64,000 bases of DNA from Ramazzottius varieornatus (Eukaryota > Animalia > Tardigrada). Positions 24,511 to 37,105 of this stretch are shown here, in pieces. The notes beneath the pieces are model-generated. The model did not search any database. It saw only the letters and a program-made list of their open reading frames with translations, and was not told where the DNA came from. Position 1 is the first letter of the stretch. Every line of letters starts with the position of its first letter. Made by a program: the position numbers and the translations under genes. The DNA lies in assembly GCA_001949185.1 (NCBI GenBank), contig BDGG01000002.1:1385145-1449144 (forward strand). The letters are read 5' to 3'.

Positions 24511-26184
24511 TTTTATGTGGCTGGTAGATCGAATAAAACCTTCAAGTTTACGGAGAGCCAAGCTGGACTGGGGAACTCGAAAATTCAGGGCCTGCGAAGC
24601 GGAGAACTGGATTCTGTAAAGAAGGATCTTGGAGAGAGATGGCAAATGATCACGTTGACGATGCCGGTATTCGATGTGTTGAGTTTAGAAGAATGAACAA
24701 GCTATCCAGATCCGGCTTTGACTTGACAGCAGCAGCGTAAACTTGCAGACTGATATGAAGAGGATACGAAAGAGGAGACGAATCAAACTGGCTACAGCGA
24801 TGGAAGGCCTTTAGGTCACATCTGTCAGAAGTGGCGAATATAAAGCTAGACAGACACAAGGGCAGTGGACATGAAATTCCTCAATCCCTTCCTAATCTCT
24901 GACCAGACTAGGCTATCGCATAAGAACAACACGGATCTGACAGCGGGGTGCCTTCTCAAATCCTCCAACTTCGATGGCTGCAGTTCTGCCCAGTGCGTAC
25001 AGTACGAGGCAACAACGAGTTAGAAATGGCTGACGCGACAGACCAGGACCGACCCTATCTTATCACAATATCCCCATCATTCTTTATACACGTACCCCCT
25101 TTCCTAACATGCATTTCGATGGCGTATTGTATTTCAAATGTCGGACGCATGGACAACAAGCCGGCCTTTTCTCTGCTGACTAATGCGAGATTACGCTTAT
25201 GCAAACTAGTGTCAGGAAACGCCAAATTCTCGCTGCTGATTGCAAAAACTCACAGCAGTAATTCAATTTGTGTTCGACGGGAAAAAACAGTTCCTCAAGT
25301 CTGGAAAATTAGACCAAAACACTATTCGAACGCTGAAGGAATAAAGAAACAGAACCTACCAGATGTTTTTCGCCAGTACGTCCAAAAGAAAAATTGAGAC
25401 GGCGGAAAATGATTTTATCGAGATAGTCACTCAAGCGGCGCACGGTACGATTGTTGATTGCTGGGGTATGCGCTACTTGTGGAACGATATTTTGAAGACA
25501 TCGTAAATTTTGCTGACGTTTCAAATATTGCATACACCGTTTGACATCAGACAACGACTAGAACGCTGTGAATCTTCATGTTTTTGACTGTATGGTTGAC
25601 TTTTATGCTGTGGGAAAGAACCGTATGACCGATCGCGAAAGACGTCAGCAGTAGTTACGAACTGGTAGGAGTCGCTAAATGTCGGCCTTTGGAGCACTTG
25701 TCCAGCTGGAATTGTCCACTTTGAAGAATGGACGAAGGGATAGCCTGGAGCGGAAATGTGCTTGGACACGCAAGAGTCGTCTAGAGAGCCTTTTAGTGGG
25801 AAGGCATCGTGGGGAGATGAGCCAAATTAATCGCCTTTGACAGGTGCTTTGCTCGAAAGCGGGATTCTTCGGCCTTCTCTTTCCACATTTGAATACTCAG
25901 ATAGGCGACTTGCGGTGTTAGAAAATCGATATTAGGGCTCTCATTAATCAAAAGGATGCCAGACAAAACATGTCGATTTGTGGGCATATCGCCGACATGA
26001 CACAGATGCAGACTGGTCAAGCACGCGCAGATCCCATGCACTTGATGGAGATTTATGAGACCAGAATAACAATCAGCTTAGCGTTTCCGGTCAGACAAGA
26101 AGACTGAATGTGTATGGACTGACTCGAAAATTTTTTTCCGTAAGAGCTTGCAAATTTTTTTTGAAGTTAGTTCGGAGGTAGGTA

Positions 26185-26388
26185 CACGCACGAAAGGAAA
26201 GTTTGGAACAGTAAAAAGTTTGGAACAGGCGATTCCGAAACAGCGGAACGGAAGTTCGTACGTACGTGCGCAATTTACACCAATGCACTTTTCGACAATT
26301 CTTTACGGCTGAAGTCTCAGTTTGCCGTCTTTTCCGCCTATTCCAAACTTTCTAGTTTTTACTATTTCAAACTTAACCTTCGTGCGTG
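26185..26388. mobile_element. MITE, TA-flanked CACGC-end family (subtype B), second copy
   Basis: TA|CACGCACGAAAGGAAAGTTTGGAACAGT...CCTTCGTGCGTG|TA; homologous to 15925-16114. Confidence 0.85.
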
Positions 26389-26772
26389 TACCGTAAAATG
26401 TGTGTATACAAAGCTTGGCCGGAAATCAGTGGCGACACCTGTTTTAGCGAAATCACAATAGATGAATAGAGACGCGGCTTCTCGTGGAACGCTGTACAAC
26501 CACGTGGCCGTTCCCATAGGTCGTCATGATGGCTTGCACGTGACTTCATCGCTCTTGTGACCTGAACGAACTAGCTTGATCGACGTTCCGGATTGATTGA
26601 GCGGGCCTCGAACCCAAATTTGATTTGATTTTTGAATTTCGCGAATGTTCGTTCTTCTTCGCTTTCTGACTCGACCTTAGCCGAGTTCTCCCCCATCGGT
26701 GAACAACTGAACATCATATCTGGCGTGGGGTGGATGACTGTGGACACTCTGGAGGAACGATCCAGCGGTATC

Positions 26773-27918
26773 ATGTCCAAGGTGGAGGTTAAGAGCGTGG
26801 ACGAGTTTGAACAGTTCGTGAAAAGCCACAATGAGTAAGTGACCTGCACACTAGGTTTTATCGATTGATTTTTGATCTGGTCACTCACCGGTCTTTGTTT
26901 CTCGTCCATTATGCGCTCGTCCGGCTTTTCGCATAGCGCTGATTGGCCATATGCTGTGATTTTCAGAAACCTTGTTGTTGCGTTCTTCTGGGCTCCATGG
27001 GCAGAACAGTGTCAGCAGATGAACGAGATCCTCGAAGAGTTGTCCAAAGATTCCAGCCTTTTCTCCGTAAAATTTCTCTCCATCGAAGCGGAGAAGCTGT
27101 CTCCCCTCACTTCCAAATACGGAATCGATTCTGTACCTTCGTTCGTCTTCATAAGGGTATGTAAAAAGGGTTTGTGTACTCTGCGAGAGGTTCGAAAAGC
27201 AATGCAACCGAGAAGCGACGTGAAGGAAATCACCAGCAAAATTGAAAATTAAAATTCGCCGTCTGCGCTCACCGTCTTGCACCTACATAACGGTGCTGGT
27301 GGTCGCATTGGGGCAGAAGCTACTGATGTGCGTGATGGCTGGAGTGCGTATGGCTGCGGCGGGTGCGTTCGCTGTAGATCCGACCGGTGCATGCACCTGC
27401 GTACTTCAATTCATCCTTGTCTTGGCTAATTGCAGAACTCCAAAGAAGTCGATCGCGTCATCGGTGCGAACGGACCCGAGCTAAACAGAAAAATCCGTCA
27501 ACAGATCAGTTCTTACGTTCCTTCGATGTCCGCCACGATCAAAGCCGAAAAGACATTGGATGAGCGGCTGAAGGACCTCATCAACTACGACAAAGTCATG
27601 CTCTTCATGAAAGGCAGCCCGAACGAACCTCGTTGTGGTGAGCTCAGTCATTTGCCTTCTCCTCTTTTCGCCACCCAACAGACGTTTCTTTCAGGCTTTA
27701 GTAAGCAGATCGTGGCCATACTCAACGACAACTCTGCCAAATACTCCACGTTCGACATCCTTTCGGACAACGATGTCCGCGAAGGACTGAAGAAGTTCTC
27801 CAACTGGCCGACCTACCCGCAGTTGTACATCAACGGTGAGCTGATTGGTGGTCTGGATATCGTTAAGGAACTACAGGCTAGTGGCGAACTACGAGCTGCC
27901 CTTCAAGGAACCGCTTAG
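26773..27918 (+). CDS. GLRX3: Glutaredoxin-3 (thioredoxin domain + one monothiol CGFS Grx domain)
   Basis: [13 protein letters not shown]; [14 protein letters not shown]|FSKQ; [29 protein letters not shown]; 4 exons. Confidence 0.95.
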
Positions 27919-28259
27919 ATTATGGAAACAGTGTTTCGAATTTTCCTACGTTGAACCGTTTGTGATGACTTGATGGTTTTGAGCCTTTTATTTTCACCTT
28001 GAAGTACAATTTCTCCCTCGGAGTTAGGCTCGGGATTTCTCCTTGCATTTTACTTAGTCGAGGTCTAAAAGAAATATCTGCGAAGAGAATTGTGAAGATA
28101 GGAATCATTGGAAAGTAACTCGACAAGTGAAGTTCGGCTTAACAGAGCCGGAGGTTATTCAGTTACTACGTGATGATATTGATTATTTCTTTAGCCCATA
28201 CGTAAGGCAGAATATGTGGAATGAAGATGAGAATTTGGCATGTAGTAAATTAGAATGAC

Positions 28260-29108
28260 ATGCATGTATTCCATTTCTCGCTGTCGAATGTGACGATTGT
28301 AGTGTTTTGCCTCATATACCTACCTTCGGTGGCGTCGTACCTGGCACAATGCGAGAAGGCAGATGGGACCTACAGTGCGATGGAGATGCCGGATATCGAG
28401 ACGCCTTTGATGTGTTACCATTGCGGAAGTAACGTTACGGCGGACGAGCAGGCGGTTGCCGATTGCAAGTCTAACGATACCAGTCGCCTAGAGAAATTTC
28501 AGAAGTCCTGCAAATTCGGTAGCGCCAAAACCGCACTGTGCCACCATCGCTTTCTCCGAACAGCCACTTGGGGTAACTCTCTCGTTATACAATCATAAAG
28601 TCGCAGACCAGCAAACGAACTTACAAGATCGTTGTACGGAAACGGCGCATACTTCCAGCCATACAGACATGATGAATGCGTGCGCCACTTGATAAATTGA
28701 ATAAATTCTACAAGATCGTTTTTCCAAATGGCGCACGCTCTTAACCAGCAACAGTACAAATGTGCGCCACTTGGAGATGATGATTCTGTGCGTTTCGCTT
28801 GCTGGCCTTCCGTTTTGTTTTCGTGTTGGTGTGGGTTGAGGATAAATCAATTTCGTTTTGAAGGTGAATTTACCGTTGTTCGTGATTGCATAATGCGAAC
28901 CTCCAGCATGAAAGAAGGCTGTTCCAGCAATACGATCGCTGGAGTCACTTGTATGTGTGAGAAAGATCTGTGTAATAAAAGCGGATGGAGCTCTCATTTG
29001 GCGGCTAAACTAACGACAAGAAAAAGAGAACCACCAGGTCCAGATCAAAAATTGCTCCTATTGACCAAAAGACACAGGAGAATATTTCAAGATTTTGTTA
29101 CCTGTTAA
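28260..29108 (+). CDS. Ly6/three-finger (quiver-like) secreted Cys-rich protein A
   Basis: Signal peptide, CYHC...C...C...C | RDC...C...TCMCEKDLCN; two exons with an intron at about 28573-28863. Confidence 0.7.
28600..28810. repeat. GTGGCGCAC-N25 element, 2 units (Ly6 A intron)
   Basis: Each unit is preceded by ACAAGATCGTT; spacers 29 and 25. Confidence 0.85.
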
Positions 29109-29372
29109 AGCTGTAGTATTTTGCATGGTTGGAAATGTTGAGACTGTGCGCTTTCTTTTGCAGTGGATATGGATCCTATCACGAAGAAGATTCGAGGACC
29201 GAATTACCGGCGTCCATGACGACCGGCAATGAAACTCCGCTCCTCTGTATTTAGCTACGTGAAAATCTGATAGTTTAGTAGTTTTGCTAAAGATGAATAG
29301 TGGATCTTGTCGTAAAGGCTGTAATGTTTTCTCCCCACCCTGTAGTTTATTGGTTCGAACAAGTTGAAAGAA

Positions 29373-30799
29373 ATGTGCGTCTTGTCGTCGATCGTCATGG
29401 ATTGCTGTAGTGTCCATTTTCTGGTCGGCACAGCCATGCTGTGGTGGCACCACAGTAACGCCTATGTTTACAACATGCCATGCGAAGCTCCCGACGGTTC
29501 CGTCGATTCTACCAACATTTCATCCGAAGTACCGGCATTAGAGTGTTACGAATGTGGCCATAATGAGACTTACCGCAAACTCAACCAGCAGCTTCTGCTG
29601 CAAGAATGTAGGGATGGCAATGCCACAGTCATGAAGAAGTTTATCGCCAGATGTGTCTATGGCGGATCTGATGCGGCTTTCTGCATGTCACGTTCTGTTG
29701 CTGTAGGTAAGTTGAACTTTTAATCACGTGCTTCGATGCGAAGGATCATATCGCAGGCCGGCAAACAAAATTTTCAACATTTCCATGTCAAGAAGCGCAC
29801 CCTTCCAGAGGATAACAACAAACACGTGCGCCACTCGGGAAAAACTATCTGAGTTATAATATATCAATCGTGTCTCAAGTGGCGCAGCCTTTTATCATCG
29901 TCCGCTGGAACCGTGCGCTACCAAAAGTAACGATCTTGTACGCTCGGTTTGCTGGTTTCCCATATTGTGACCAGTGGATATTGACTGTCTTGATTTTCTC
30001 CTTCAGAACCAAAAATATTAGACACTGACCAAAATGAATCGCTGAACCAGACGAGGGAGGGAACGGTCAGTTGGGGAGATGATCCCAACGAGCTGAACCA
30101 AATTGATTTCGTGGAGCGGACCTGTGTGCCGCGATACCATGGTCAGAAGATCGCTGAGAAGCAGGAGCATTGGGTGAAAAACCTTTCTCGTTCCGTTGTC
30201 TGCGACAAACCTCTGTGCAACATTCATCCATTCAGAGATCCGCGCGAGGTATGTATCTCAGAAGTTACCGTTTAGTGGGAATGAGATTTCATTTTCGGTC
30301 CATGAAAAACTATCAATATTGCAAAACGAACGCCTATGGATAGAATCGAATTGCGGTGTCCAGATCGCAAAGCGCACTGTGTATCGACTGGGCCAACCTG
30401 CTGTTTCAGTTTCCCGAGGACCATGGGGATACTATGGTCAAAGAGATTGACTGGGACAAGGTTGTCGGGTTCAATGTCAATGAAAGTCATCCTTCGGCCA
30501 GCAAGATGATCTTCGACGTTGATAACGGGGAATATTCAGAATACGGACCTTCGAATAGTCGGAAGGTGGAAGTGCCGGAGAGAGTGACACAAGTGACTAC
30601 CGCAACTACAACGTCGTTCAAAGAGACCATCTACAATGAAATCAGTCCTTCCACGGCCGCCCTACCTTTTATCAGTGCTTGTATTTTAGTTCTTTGTTTG
30701 AGTTTTACAGTTTTCGTAATATGCAAATCAGCTAAAAGCGATGGAACGGAATGTCTCCGGCCAAACCGCATTGAATTTGTCCGCGAAACACCGGCTTGA
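29373..30799 (+). CDS. Ly6/three-finger-like single-pass membrane protein B
   Basis: Exon 1 parallels gene A (CEAPDGS..LECYECG); exon 30007-30248 ends ERTC...VVCDKPLCN; last exon from about 30410 carries TM LPFISACILVLCLSFTVFVIC. Confidence 0.7.
29755..29962. repeat. GTGGCGCAC-N25 element, 2 units (Ly6 B intron)
   Basis: Spacers 25 and 25; right end AACGATCTTGT..GTTTGCTGGTTTCCCA. Confidence 0.8.
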
Positions 30800-31266
30800 C
30801 TTTTGACATCACCGGGTTCGTCAGAAATTCTGCCAGGTTTATTGCACTTGAAATGTGAGTAAGCCTTCCCGAAAACGCCCACAGCTGTGACTTAATTACG
30901 TTGAATAATTTGGGTTTATGACCGTTTATCCCGGAGGCAAATTAGATCACATGCTGGCACAGCATACAGTAACTCTGCATAAGCACTTGACATAAGCAGC
31001 GAATGCCAGTGATACGACAGTCCTGATCGACAGAAGTTTTCTTCCCTGGCGAGCGGTTTTACTCTCTCGACCACAGTCCAGCTCTCGCAGTTTTTATCTG
31101 AATAGCTGTAGCTTTTCCTTCGAATTCGGCACCAGAGTGTTCAAAATAATCACCATCATCTTCCTGCTGGCCAGTGCTGCATCCATTGCATCCATCGTGT
31201 CCGGTGCAACTGGTAAGTGTTCTTCCTTGATATACTCAGTACTTGACAAATTTCCAGCTTCGTGGA

Positions 31267-31388
31267 TGGGAGTTCGGCAAACAATCTCAGGATGATCGTT
31301 GCTTTCAGTGGCGCGGTTTTCCTCTTTATTTGCCGGACACGTGAGCCGCTTGAGAACGATCATCCGGGGGTCGTTTGCCAGCTGCCCA
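31267..31388. repeat. GTGGCGCAC-N25 element, 1 unit
   Basis: TGGGAGTTCGGCAAAC..CAGTGGCGCGG-24-GTGAGCCGCTTG..GTTTGCCAGCTGCCCA. Confidence 0.7.
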
Positions 31389-31499
31389 TTTCTCATTCTT
31401 GTTTCGTCGCGCCAGTAGGCATCTCTATGACCAATAACCAGCGTGCATGCTCATGCAGAAGCTGGCTTGCGTGACGTGATAAGGAAGTGAGAATTCGGG

Positions 31500-31620
31500 T
31501 GTGGGCTTTCAAACTGGACCAGATGCTTTTCCCAAGTGGCGCTTACCTCCAGCTATCGACACGGGTGACGTGCGCTACTTGCGATCGCAATCTGGCTGAA
31601 TTCATCTACCAACGTCCCAA
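31500..31620. repeat. GTGGCGCAC-N25 element, 1 unit
   Basis: CAAGTGGCGCTT-25-GTGCGCTACTTG. Confidence 0.75.
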
Positions 31621-32107
31621 CCGTTATTTGACTGTACATGTTCGGTGGTCTAATATATTCTGTATTCGTAGCAAGGGGAGGCAGCAACGGTGACTAGCAG
31701 GACATGGGCGACCTCATGAGCAAGGTGAAGGCTGCGGTCTCTGGATTGGACTCAAAAAGCAGAGTCATCAAACCGGACACCAAGTCATCATTCACCTAGA
31801 CATCCGGATCTCTTGTAGTTAAATCTTAGTCATTCTTGCTATTGACATCAATGTTAGGATCCTACGGTTTTGGATTTAAAGAAGTATTTCTGCTTACAGA
31901 GCAAGCTTTGACAGCTGTGCATTCAGGTATGAAGAGCGTGTTCTCTTGAACGGTATCATTATTATACTGTATCGTTTTTATCAGTGACTAGAGTTTCTTT
32001 ACAATGAAAATCCGCCAGAAATAGTCCCGTCCCATTCCGCTCGATCGTGATCAGAACACTGGCAGCGAAGTGGCCAGTGTCTCAAGTGGCGGACGTCTTC
32101 ATAAGTA

Positions 32108-32396
32108 TCATTCAACGTTAAGTCAAAAAGTTTAGAGAAGCGAACAATATCAATTTTGCCTGGATGGCGTGACGTCACAGTCGCCCTTCCACTGTTTCCC
32201 ATTGGTCGAACAAATTTTGGCTGAAAATCAGTTTTTCCACTTTTCTGCTTCTCCAGCCTCGGATGCGGAGAAGTAGATTTTGAGCCAAAATGTGTTCGGC
32301 CAATGGGAAACAGTGGGAGGGCGACTGCGACGTCAAGCCATCCAGGCAAATTTGATATCGTCTACTCTCTAAACTTTCTGACTTAATATTGAATGA
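32108..32396. mobile_element. Foldback MITE, TA-flanked, ~290-bp palindrome
   Basis: TA|TCATTCAACGTTAAGTCA...TGACTTAATATTGAATGA|TA; arms complementary for over 110 bp (TTGCCTGGATGGC / GCCATCCAGGCAA, CCACTGTTTCCCATTGG / CCAATGGGAAACAGTGG). Confidence 0.9.
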
Positions 32397-32619
32397 TACC
32401 ACTATCCATGGCTGCGACCGTGCGCCACTTTGGTATACGACTGGTGGATTCATTTGTCCACGTCCCGGATGTTGTTACCTAGCGTTGGTTGACCCGAAAG
32501 ACCTTCGAGAATAAGCCGGATGTCAAAGGTACCGCCAGCTATACCGAAACATAGAATCACGTGTAGCGTAGTAAAGTTTCGTCTGAATTATCTGATCGGG
32601 CCGTTCATCGATACTGGAG

Positions 32620-32862
32620 ATGGCGTATAATTACCTGGGAGGTGGTGGCCAGCCAGACGTGAAGCAGGTCTCTGTGCCAAACGCGACGGAAGCCACGGGG
32701 GGCGTCAGCGGTAGCAGCGCCTTCCCGGTCTTGGTGGTCCTAGCCATCATTATCCTCTCTCTATTTGCCGTTGTTGCGGTAGCCAAAACTATCCGTGCCA
32801 GGAGAAGAGGCGTGGCCGCTGGCTTCGAGCTATCCCGAGAGCCACTGACGCGGGGAAGCTGA
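32620..32862 (+). CDS. Small single-pass membrane protein (80 aa or terminal exon)
   Basis: One strong TM segment (FPVLVVLAIIILSLFAVVAVA) followed by basic KTIRARRR. Confidence 0.5.
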   Translation: MAYNYLGGGGQPDVKQVSVPNATEATGGVSGSSAFPVLVVLAIIILSLFAVVAVAKTIRARRRGVAAGFELSREPLTRGS

Positions 32863-33028
32863 ATGGTGCCTGTTGTTACCAACGTGACTTTGCCGGTTCC
32901 TCCCAAATTCGCCGCTGTACGTTCCTCTTACTGTACTACGAGTTGTTGTTCACTTTGTACTATAAAGTTTTGTTGAGTGGTCTTTTGGATATTCGTGACT
33001 GTGATATCCACGACTGGAAATTTCATAA

Positions 33029-33415
33029 ATGAATATTGGGGAACTCTCTTTGTTGATCTTTCTTATATTTGCTGCGAACCCTGTCCAACCACAAACTTCT
33101 CCTGAACCTTCCACTCTCCCTCCGACACCAGCGGTTTCGGCGTCAGGTACGCCCAGTACGGATACAACCCCGACAGCAGCATCAGCCACGGATGAATCAA
33201 CGTCCTCAATGGTCTCGACGGAGTCCACAACCGGAAGTACAACTGCTACCACTCCGGAACCTGCCGACTGTAAAAAGCAATGCGGAGAGGTCGCGTTGCC
33301 AATCCTGGGTGTAGTTCTGGCCATAGTCGTGACGTCATCAACTGCTTATGGCTTTTATGCCTGTCATAAGATAGGGAAGTTGACTAAGCTGAGGAAAAGT
33401 CGAGCTCTGGGTTGA
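33029..33415 (+). CDS. Small mucin-like type I membrane protein
   Basis: Signal peptide, S/T/P-rich stalk, CxxxC, TM segment, basic tail; intronless 128 aa. Confidence 0.7.
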   Translation: MNIGELSLLIFLIFAANPVQPQTSPEPSTLPPTPAVSASGTPSTDTTPTAASATDESTSSMVSTESTTGSTTATTPEPADCKKQCGEVALPILGVVLAIVVTSSTAYGFYACHKIGKLTKLRKSRALG

Positions 33416-33685
33416 ATTTACGGAATTTGTCTCCATCGTTACATCAGGCTGATTTCAAATGATTGATTGTACTCTCATTTGAAACCTCTGTAGAGAAGTT
33501 TGTGTACGAGAGGCGAACCGCAACGATGATACGTATTCACCTTGTTGATCTATCGTAAATGTAGTATTGAATATATGTACTTTGGGATGTGGCAGAGTAT
33601 CCATACATGTGTCGTATTTGCAATGCACTGACGTGAGGTCACGTGCACTACCATAGGAGACGTGTACTAGACGGCAAGAAAAGCT

Positions 33686-34580
33686 ATGAAAAATACCTAC
33701 TTCCTCAGCGTCTGGTTCTTTGTGTTATGGATGTCTAATGGAGTACTAAAAATTTCGGCCAGTAAAAACCATACGTGCTACGTCTGCACTGGAGAAGAGG
33801 GGACGGGCGACACCGACTGTCTACTGTACAATCTGGACCTTCTGAGAACCACCATTCAACCTTGTGCCAACGACGACAACGTTTGCCAGTCGGTGTTTGG
33901 AAAAACCGCTGCAGGTAGGAAATGGTTTTGCTATCTTCGGTATCTGGAAGCTCGGTGAACGATGTGACAGGATCGTTCTCCAAGTGATGCAAGCTTTTGG
34001 CAAATGACACCGAGACAATGCGTCACTTGGCAGTGCACGTTTGGTGAGTATCGCACCTGACGCACTTTCTGTGTGTATCGGCCAAAAGTGTGCGCGACTT
34101 GAGAATGGAGTGTTATCGAAGTTCCAGAGTGGCGCGCTCTTTCAGCAAACAGATAACAATAGTGCGGCACTTGAGAAAACAGATCATACTGAGTTTTATT
34201 GACGAGTTTTTTACTTGTATTTTACTGCAGGGAAGAAAACCGTAAGGCGAAGTTGTGCGCCCAAAACCGATCAAGGTGGCAAAACCAGATGTTGGTATTC
34301 TAACGAGAACATCGAGGTGACATGCGTCTGCTACACTTCAACGTGTAACTACCCAAGCTGGACCAACGACCCGACTTATAAACCCATCAGTTCGGACAGC
34401 AGCTACAGTTTTCCCAGTAACGTGGATTACAAACGGAAGGCCGACGCTGAATTGAAGCGGCACAACGAGACGAGCGGAGATAACAAAGAATGCGACTGCC
34501 ATCCCGTCACGCAAAACATCCTTGTCCTCGTCATTGTGCTCTGCGTTACTACGGCCTTCTGTATCGGTAGGTACATGTAA
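33686..34580 (+). CDS. Ly6/three-finger (quiver-like) membrane protein C
   Basis: Signal peptide, CYVC..C..C..VC | VRRSC..C..TCVCYTSTCN, C-terminal hydrophobic segment. The 3' end is uncertain. Confidence 0.75.
33950..34200. repeat. GTGGCGCAC-N25 element, 3 units (Ly6 C intron)
   Basis: Units at about 33982, 34056 and 34128; spacers 25, 24 and 24. Confidence 0.8.
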
Positions 34581-35169
34581 AGCGCACTTATTGATAACTG
34601 CAAAAAGTCCGAGCTGAAAGAAGCCGACAGCTGTAAAGGCGCGCTCAAACCACCGCGCCATCTACCGTAGGTCGGACAATAACTGGCGCCGACTTTACTC
34701 CTCGTGTTTTTCGTTTATTCGTTACTTACCCGATCGTCCGAATCATGCTGTAGGTTTTTTCAGGCGCTGTACACTTCTGCCACTACAAGTACGAGACCAA
34801 GAGATTACGGTACGAAATGCAAGAGCTGACACCGCCGACACCGACACCACCGCCGGTTCCCCCGCCACCTGGGCCTTTACGGACAATATCGTACCAAAAC
34901 CCATCTCCGTCGGCGCACTCTGATCTGCGCTTCGTCTCGCACGACCACAACCACAGATAATTTTATTATCGCATGGCATTCGTTCCAGCTCTTCCAGCGA
35001 ATTATCCATATGAACTGCGTCGAAGACTAGTGCATGTAACGCGGTCAGAAAATCACAATAAAAAAATCGAGATTAATCCACAGGATGATATTGAGTGTCA
35101 TCCAAAGGCGTCAGTGGTATATGTAGAAAAGAAATCAACCGGTTACATTCTACGCCCTTTCTTCTATTT

Positions 35170-36180
35170 TTATTTCGTGGACTTCAACTGCGCTTTGCGC
35201 CACCAAAGCAGGCGCGATCGTTTCGTGGTAGTCTCCACTTCTTCCTCCGCACCCTCTTCTTCGTCGTCCTCCAGGAAGGCGCCTTGACTGGGAGCGGTTA
35301 TTGCTGTTGAGAGCTGACTTGTGGAGGGCAGCACGGTCGTAGTCGCTGTAGATGGAGCACTGCTAAGTTTAATCCAATTTTGTCTGATAACTTCGCCCAC
35401 TTGGTCGTCTTCATGGGTGTCTTCATCGACATCCGCTGAGAAGTCTTCGTTATCCGACGGCTCGTCAAAATTACCTTTGCCAACTCGTTGGGCCGCAGTA
35501 CTGTCCGTCACGTTGGCAGCTTGATGAGCAGTGCTGGTCTCCACGACAGCGCTGGCAGCCATCGTGCTGTTCTGTGCTGACATGGTTTCGTTCTGATGGT
35601 CGTCAAACTCGCGTGTTTCACGGTCTCCCTTATCGTTGTCGGCTTCAGCTGATGGCTCAGTAGTGGTGGTGGTCATTCCAGCCCGCTTCTTTTCCAGAAG
35701 GCTCAACAACATCCAGTTTTCCGCCTGCAGGACCTCCTCCTCGAAGTCGGCATTCTTCTTACGCGCTAAGGCTCGAAGTAACCTCCAATTATTCTTCAGT
35801 ACTTCTTCGATGGCGGGTTCTTGGTTCCCGCCCTCCGAACTTTGTGTCGTCTTCTCCACGTCGGTTCCAGGGCCCTCCTCACCCGACGTTTCCATCGTAG
35901 TCGAAGATTGGGTTAATGGCATTGCTGCGGGCAAATCGGTCCCTTCATCATCTTCAGAGTTTTCTGGTGTTGTTGACTGAGTCGAAGACGTCACTGCAGA
36001 TGAAAGGAGCTTCGAGGCTTCAGTGGATTTCTGGGCTTTGCGGTCGCTTTCGATCAGTTGCTGAATCATGGGACTTGCGTCCTGTTGATCATCCTCTTCC
36101 ACCGAACGATCCTGAAGTTGCAACTCGGCAGATACCAACCCGACAACAAGCCATGAAAGTGCGATGGAATAAATATGCAT
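35170..36180 (-). CDS. Secreted acidic low-complexity protein of unknown family
   Basis: Intronless 336-aa ORF with signal peptide, rich in E/D/S/T, no Cys. Confidence 0.75.
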   Translation of the reverse strand: MHIYSIALSWLVVGLVSAELQLQDRSVEEDDQQDASPMIQQLIESDRKAQKSTEASKLLSSAVTSSTQSTTPENSEDDEGTDLPAAMPLTQSSTTMETSGEEGPGTDVEKTTQSSEGGNQEPAIEEVLKNNWRLLRALARKKNADFEEEVLQAENWMLLSLLEKKRAGMTTTTTEPSAEADNDKGDRETREFDDHQNETMSAQNSTMAASAVVETSTAHQAANVTDSTAAQRVGKGNFDEPSDNEDFSADVDEDTHEDDQVGEVIRQNWIKLSSAPSTATTTVLPSTSQLSTAITAPSQGAFLEDDEEEGAEEEVETTTKRSRLLWWRKAQLKSTK

Positions 36181-37105
36181 GGTCCAATAGGAATATCGGT
36201 GGACTACAGGGATGAAAATGATGGGAGAGAATGTAGTGAAATGAACAGGTGATAAAGGAGAAAGTATACGCTGTAGGATTGACGATGAAAGCGAAGATCG
36301 GTTGTAGCCAATCTGAATCTGTTTAGTATGCGTCGAAGAAGAAGAGAGTTCCTTGCGGCCAGATGATGCAAGATGCTTAGTAAACCAGCACAGCTTCCAT
36401 TAAGATTAGACAGGTCTTTTGATCAAAAAGATGTAAATAATGGTTGCTAAACGTGAACCATTCTCTCGCTGCCACAGCTCAAGTATCATTTCGACAGCAC
36501 TGTGTAATCATATTTCGACAGGCGTACACGTCTTCAACTGTGATTGTCGGCCAATGCTCATTCTATTGTTTCGAGGCGCCGCCATTCTTTTCATACGCAC
36601 ACTTCGCGACTGTTTCCCTGCCTCAAATATTCACCAGAGAACTTTCGAGAGCATCAAGAGCGGTTGTGTCTAGTGCACAGCGTAAACTCTCACTTTTCTT
36701 CTACGTTGTTATCGCGCAGCAATAATAACAATGAAAACGTTTGTTGGGAAATTGGGTAGACGAAACTGAAGAAGGGTCGTGCAGTATTCGCTGCGCATGA
36801 TTAATATGTTTTGCGAACTGCTGGAATTTCATTATTCAAATTGTACTGTCTAACGCCGAACACCAGCTCATGAATATACTATCGATGCGTCTTTCTAACT
36901 GGGAACCTTGATAAAAAAGGCCCACGAATTGACGGTTCACAAAAGCCGGCTGCGAAGCGCCGTTAGTCAACCCTATCCGCAAAAACCACAACTCAACAAG
37001 CCAACAAACAAATACAAATTATTTGCCATCAAGAAGGAACGAAAGATAAAACTACAAGCAGCGCAGAATCAGGCGAAGCTTCATCTTGATGCATACAAAT
37101 CTTTA

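Noticed and set aside
31138-31800. Possible additional small secreted gene (signal-like exon ending G|GTAAGT at about 31212)
   Set aside because: I could not find a start codon or coherent downstream exons.
33950-34200. Repeat-spacer arrays as CRISPR
   Set aside because: The context is eukaryotic and intronic, the boxes are inverted pairs of only 9-12 bp with 1-4 units per locus, and there are no cas genes.
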